The notes under the pieces were generated by a model. It was given only the letters and a program-made list of their open reading frames with translations, was not told the DNA's origin and made no database searches. Both the position numbers and the translations under genes were made by a program. 64,000 nucleotides of DNA, from positions 1-64,000 of the forward strand of contig JAYZQJ010000007.1 in assembly GCA_036149055.1 (NCBI GenBank), given 5' to 3'. Below, piece by piece: positions 61,339 to 64,000 of this stretch. Each line of letters begins with the position of its first letter. The first letter of the stretch is position 1. This DNA comes from Myxococcota bacterium. GTDB taxonomy: Bacteria > Myxococcota_A > Polyangia > Polyangiales > Sandaracinaceae.

Positions 61339-64000
61339 TCAGTAGGCGTACTGCAGGCCGAGGCTTCCGCTCATGCCGGGCTCGACGCGCTGCACCAGGA
61401 AGTCACCCATCGTGTAGTCCTGGACCTGGAACAGGATGTTTCGGAGCTTGAGTCTCAGTTGGAAGTGGTCCGCGAAGCGCCAGCCGAGGATGAGGTCCAG
61501 CGAGTGGAAGGGCGCTCGCTCGATCGGCGGCCGGATCTCGCCCGCCTGTCGGTAGCCGACGTTGGTGATCCGCGGGCCGACGACGTTGTAGACCAGGGCC
61601 GCCGTGACACCCGCGTCGGGTTCGGCAAACTGGAGTGACACGTTCGCGACATACGGCGCCTGCCCGGTGAGCGGGCGCTCGGCGCGGACCGAGCCCGACA
61701 GCTCGTCCGGGAGCTGAACGGTCGAGTAGATGACCGCGAGGCTCGCGCCGAAGCTGAACATGCGCAGCGCCTCGTGGAGGTGCCGCAGGCTGAACCGCAG
61801 CTCCGCCTCGCCGCCGACGTTGTGGGCGAGCTCGGCGTTGATGAACTCCGCGTCCCAGTTGTTCGGGTTGACGATCTGGAGCTCGATCGGCTGGTCGAAG
61901 TACTTGTAGAACGCGCTGAGCGCGAGGATCTCGCCGGTCCCGAAGAACCACTCCCAGCGGAGGTCCGCGTTCTGGATCAGCGTGCGCGACAGGAGCGGGT
62001 TGCCCTGCACGTTCCGGTCGAGGACGAAGTCGTAGTACTGGTAGGCGGCGAGCTCGCGGATCTGCGGGCGCGCGACCGTCATCCCGTAGCCCGCGCGCAG
62101 GAACATCTGGTCGGCGACCTGCAGTCGGAAGGCGCCGCCCGGGAGCACGTCGAGGTCGGTGCGGTCGGTCCCCTCCGAGCCCTCGGGCGCCTCGTCCGAG
62201 AAGGGGCTCCGCGGCTCGACCAGCTGCCGGAAGGCCTCGAAGCGGGCGCCGCCGGTGAAGCTGAGCGCGTCGCCGAGCGGGGTCTCGAGCATCGCGAAGC
62301 CCGCGTAGTACTGCGACTCCGCGTGGTAGGCGTCGTCGTCGCCGGTGAACTCGCGCATGCGGGTGAGGACGCCGATGTTCTCGGCGCTGAAGAGCTCCTC
62401 GACCGGCGCCTGGTACGCGGACTGATCGCTCGCGCCCGTGTCCTGCATCATGCGCAGCCGCCGGATGCCGAAGTCGCGCGCCGACATCCGCGCCTGGCCG
62501 CCCACCGTGCCCCAGCCCTCGGACCAGAGGGGGAAGCGGAGGTCGAGCGTCGCGCCACCGTCGACCTGGTCGAGGTCGGAGTAGAAGCGCTCGCCCGACT
62601 GTGACTTCTCGAGCCAGCGGAGCGCGGTGCCTCCGCCCTGCGGCCCGTACGTGACGGTGCGTCGGTCGGGCTCCTCGCGGGCGCCGTAGCTCCCGTACGC
62701 GCTCCAGCGGAGACGCATGCGCTCGCCGAACAGGTCGCGGTGGTCGCCCTGAAGCTGCGAGAACCACATCGACCGCGCGATGTGCTGGAGCTGCCAGCGC
62801 TCGGCGTAGCCGGCGAGCTCTCCGCTCTGCCCCGCGTAGAACGAGGTCTCGTCGACCATGGAGCGGTTGAAGAGCGTCAGGAACGTCAGCGAGTGGTCCT
62901 GCCCGAGCTCCAGGCTCGCCGTGCCGAGCGCGCCGAGCTGGACCTCCTCGGAGCCGGTCTCGGTGGCCCAGTCGTTGAACGCCTGGAGGTCGTCGTTGCT
63001 GCCGGTGGGACGCGGCCGGCTGAGCCCGATCGTGCGGACGTCCGCGTGGTCGTAGAACGCGGTGACGAGGTAGCCGAAGCGGTCGCCGCCGCCGAGGTCC
63101 ACCGAGTCGCCGACGGTGAACCCGAGGCCGAAGTTGGGCGGCGCGGTCGAGCGCTGGTACTGCCAGCGGTTCGGGAAGCGCTCGGCCACCTGCTCCAGCT
63201 CGTCGGGCGAGAGATCGGTGCGGCTGCCGACGATGCGGGTGCGGTCGAGGCCGCTCGGGAACGCGCGCGTGCCGTCGTCGAAGCCGAGCCAGTCGAGGTC
63301 TCCGCCGGCGTAGGTCAGCCGGTCGCGGAACGTCGTCATGCTGTTGGCGCCGACGCTCGCCTCGAGCTGGAAGGTGAACTCGGTCGGGAAGCGGACGGTC
63401 CGGATGTCGAGCACGCCGCCGGCGAAGTTGCCCGGCAGGTTCGGGAGGAACGCCTTCGAGATCTGGAGGTTGTCGATGATGCTCGTCGGGAAGAGGTCCA
63501 GGTCGACCGCCGGCACGTCCGGGTCGGTCGAGGGGAGCTGCACGCCGTTGAGCAGCACGATGGTGTAGCGGCCGCCGAGGCCGCGGATGTTGAGATTGGT
63601 GCCCTCGAGGGTGACGCCGACCACGTTCCGCGCCGCGCTGCCCGCGTCGCTCGCGCCGGACTGCGACATCTGCTCGCTGCCCATGCCCTCGCCGATGCCG
63701 CTCGACGCGGCGCGGAGCTGGTCCTGCGCTGCCGCGCTCGAGGTGTCGGCGCGGTAGACGATCTCGACCTCCTCGGCGACCGCCTCGGCGTCGATGGGGT
63801 CGAGGGTGAGCGTCAGATCGCTCCAGCGCCCCGAGCGCACGACCACCCGGGGCATGCGCGCCCCGTGGTAGAGGTCGGTGTAGCCGAGCACCGAGTAGCG
63901 GCCGGGCGGCACGACGAGCACGTAGCCGCCGGTGTCGCTGGTGATCGTGTTCTCCATCGTCTGCGGAGAGCGCGCGATCACGACCGCGTCCGGCAGCCCC
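61339..64000 (-). CDS. TonB-dependent receptor (5' end outside window)
   Basis: Plug IRGLGGRY..VLLNG...DLFP; GNFAGG; GNPLL; ADLRWEWF; C-terminal LGLQYAY. Confidence 0.93.
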   Translation of the reverse strand, partial: GLPDAVVIARSPQTMENTITSDTGGYVLVVPPGRYSVLGYTDLYHGARMPRVVVRSGRWSDLTLTLDPIDAEAVAEEVEIVYRADTSSAAAQDQLRAASSGIGEGMGSEQMSQSGASDAGSAARNVVGVTLEGTNLNIRGLGGRYTIVLLNGVQLPSTDPDVPAVDLDLFPTSIIDNLQISKAFLPNLPGNFAGGVLDIRTVRFPTEFTFQLEASVGANSMTTFRDRLTYAGGDLDWLGFDDGTRAFPSGLDRTRIVGSRTDLSPDELEQVAERFPNRWQYQRSTAPPNFGLGFTVGDSVDLGGGDRFGYLVTAFYDHADVRTIGLSRPRPTGSNDDLQAFNDWATETGSEEVQLGALGTASLELGQDHSLTFLTLFNRSMVDETSFYAGQSGELAGYAERWQLQHIARSMWFSQLQGDHRDLFGERMRLRWSAYGSYGAREEPDRRTVTYGPQGGGTALRWLEKSQSGERFYSDLDQVDGGATLDLRFPLWSEGWGTVGGQARMSARDFGIRRLRMMQDTGASDQSAYQAPVEELFSAENIGVLTRMREFTGDDDAYHAESQYYAGFAMLETPLGDALSFTGGARFEAFRQLVEPRSPFSDEAPEGSEGTDRTDLDVLPGGAFRLQVADQMFLRAGYGMTVARPQIRELAAYQYYDFVLDRNVQGNPLLSRTLIQNADLRWEWFFGTGEILALSAFYKYFDQPIELQIVNPNNWDAEFINAELAHNVGGEAELRFSLRHLHEALRMFSFGASLAVIYSTVQLPDELSGSVRAERPLTGQAPYVANVSLQFAEPDAGVTAALVYNVVGPRITNVGYRQAGEIRPPIERAPFHSLDLILGWRFADHFQLRLKLRNILFQVQDYTMGDFLVQRVEPGMSGSLGLQYAY

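Overview
High-GC chromosomal window that looks myxobacterial (Polyangia/Sandaracinaceae-like). The taxonomic call is an inference from the MYXO-CTERM and Cys-rich DUF4215 repeat protein, the DUF1552/DUF1592 pair, the FHA-sigma54 activator with Ser/Thr kinase and PEGA protein, and many DAG/DSG-linker lipoproteins. Contents from left to right: (1) a 5'-truncated surface beta-helix/Cys-repeat protein; (2) a RAYT-like HUH transposase with flanking repeats and four orphan genes; (3) a MITE-like palindrome; (4) redox/detox genes; (5) a DUF1552/1592 signalling module; (6) a ~9 kb co-oriented array of compositionally atypical orphan genes (27.3-36.3 kb) that includes a stand-alone EF-Tu domain-II-like protein; (7) a GNAT-nitrilase fusion; (8) an EF-G paralogue with a candidate leader-peptide attenuator; (9) GH1, EVE/thioredoxin and a GT2-DUF2064-Crp-cNMP phosphodiesterase-Prx run; (10) ychF and a phoB-phoR/phoU locus next to a TonB receptor + lipoprotein pair. 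Two intergenic regions look like unannotated structured RNAs (~45.93-46.06 kb and ~54.40-54.76 kb). No rRNA, tRNA or CRISPR array was recognised. All family assignments come from motif recognition by eye, not database searches, and start codons are best estimates.
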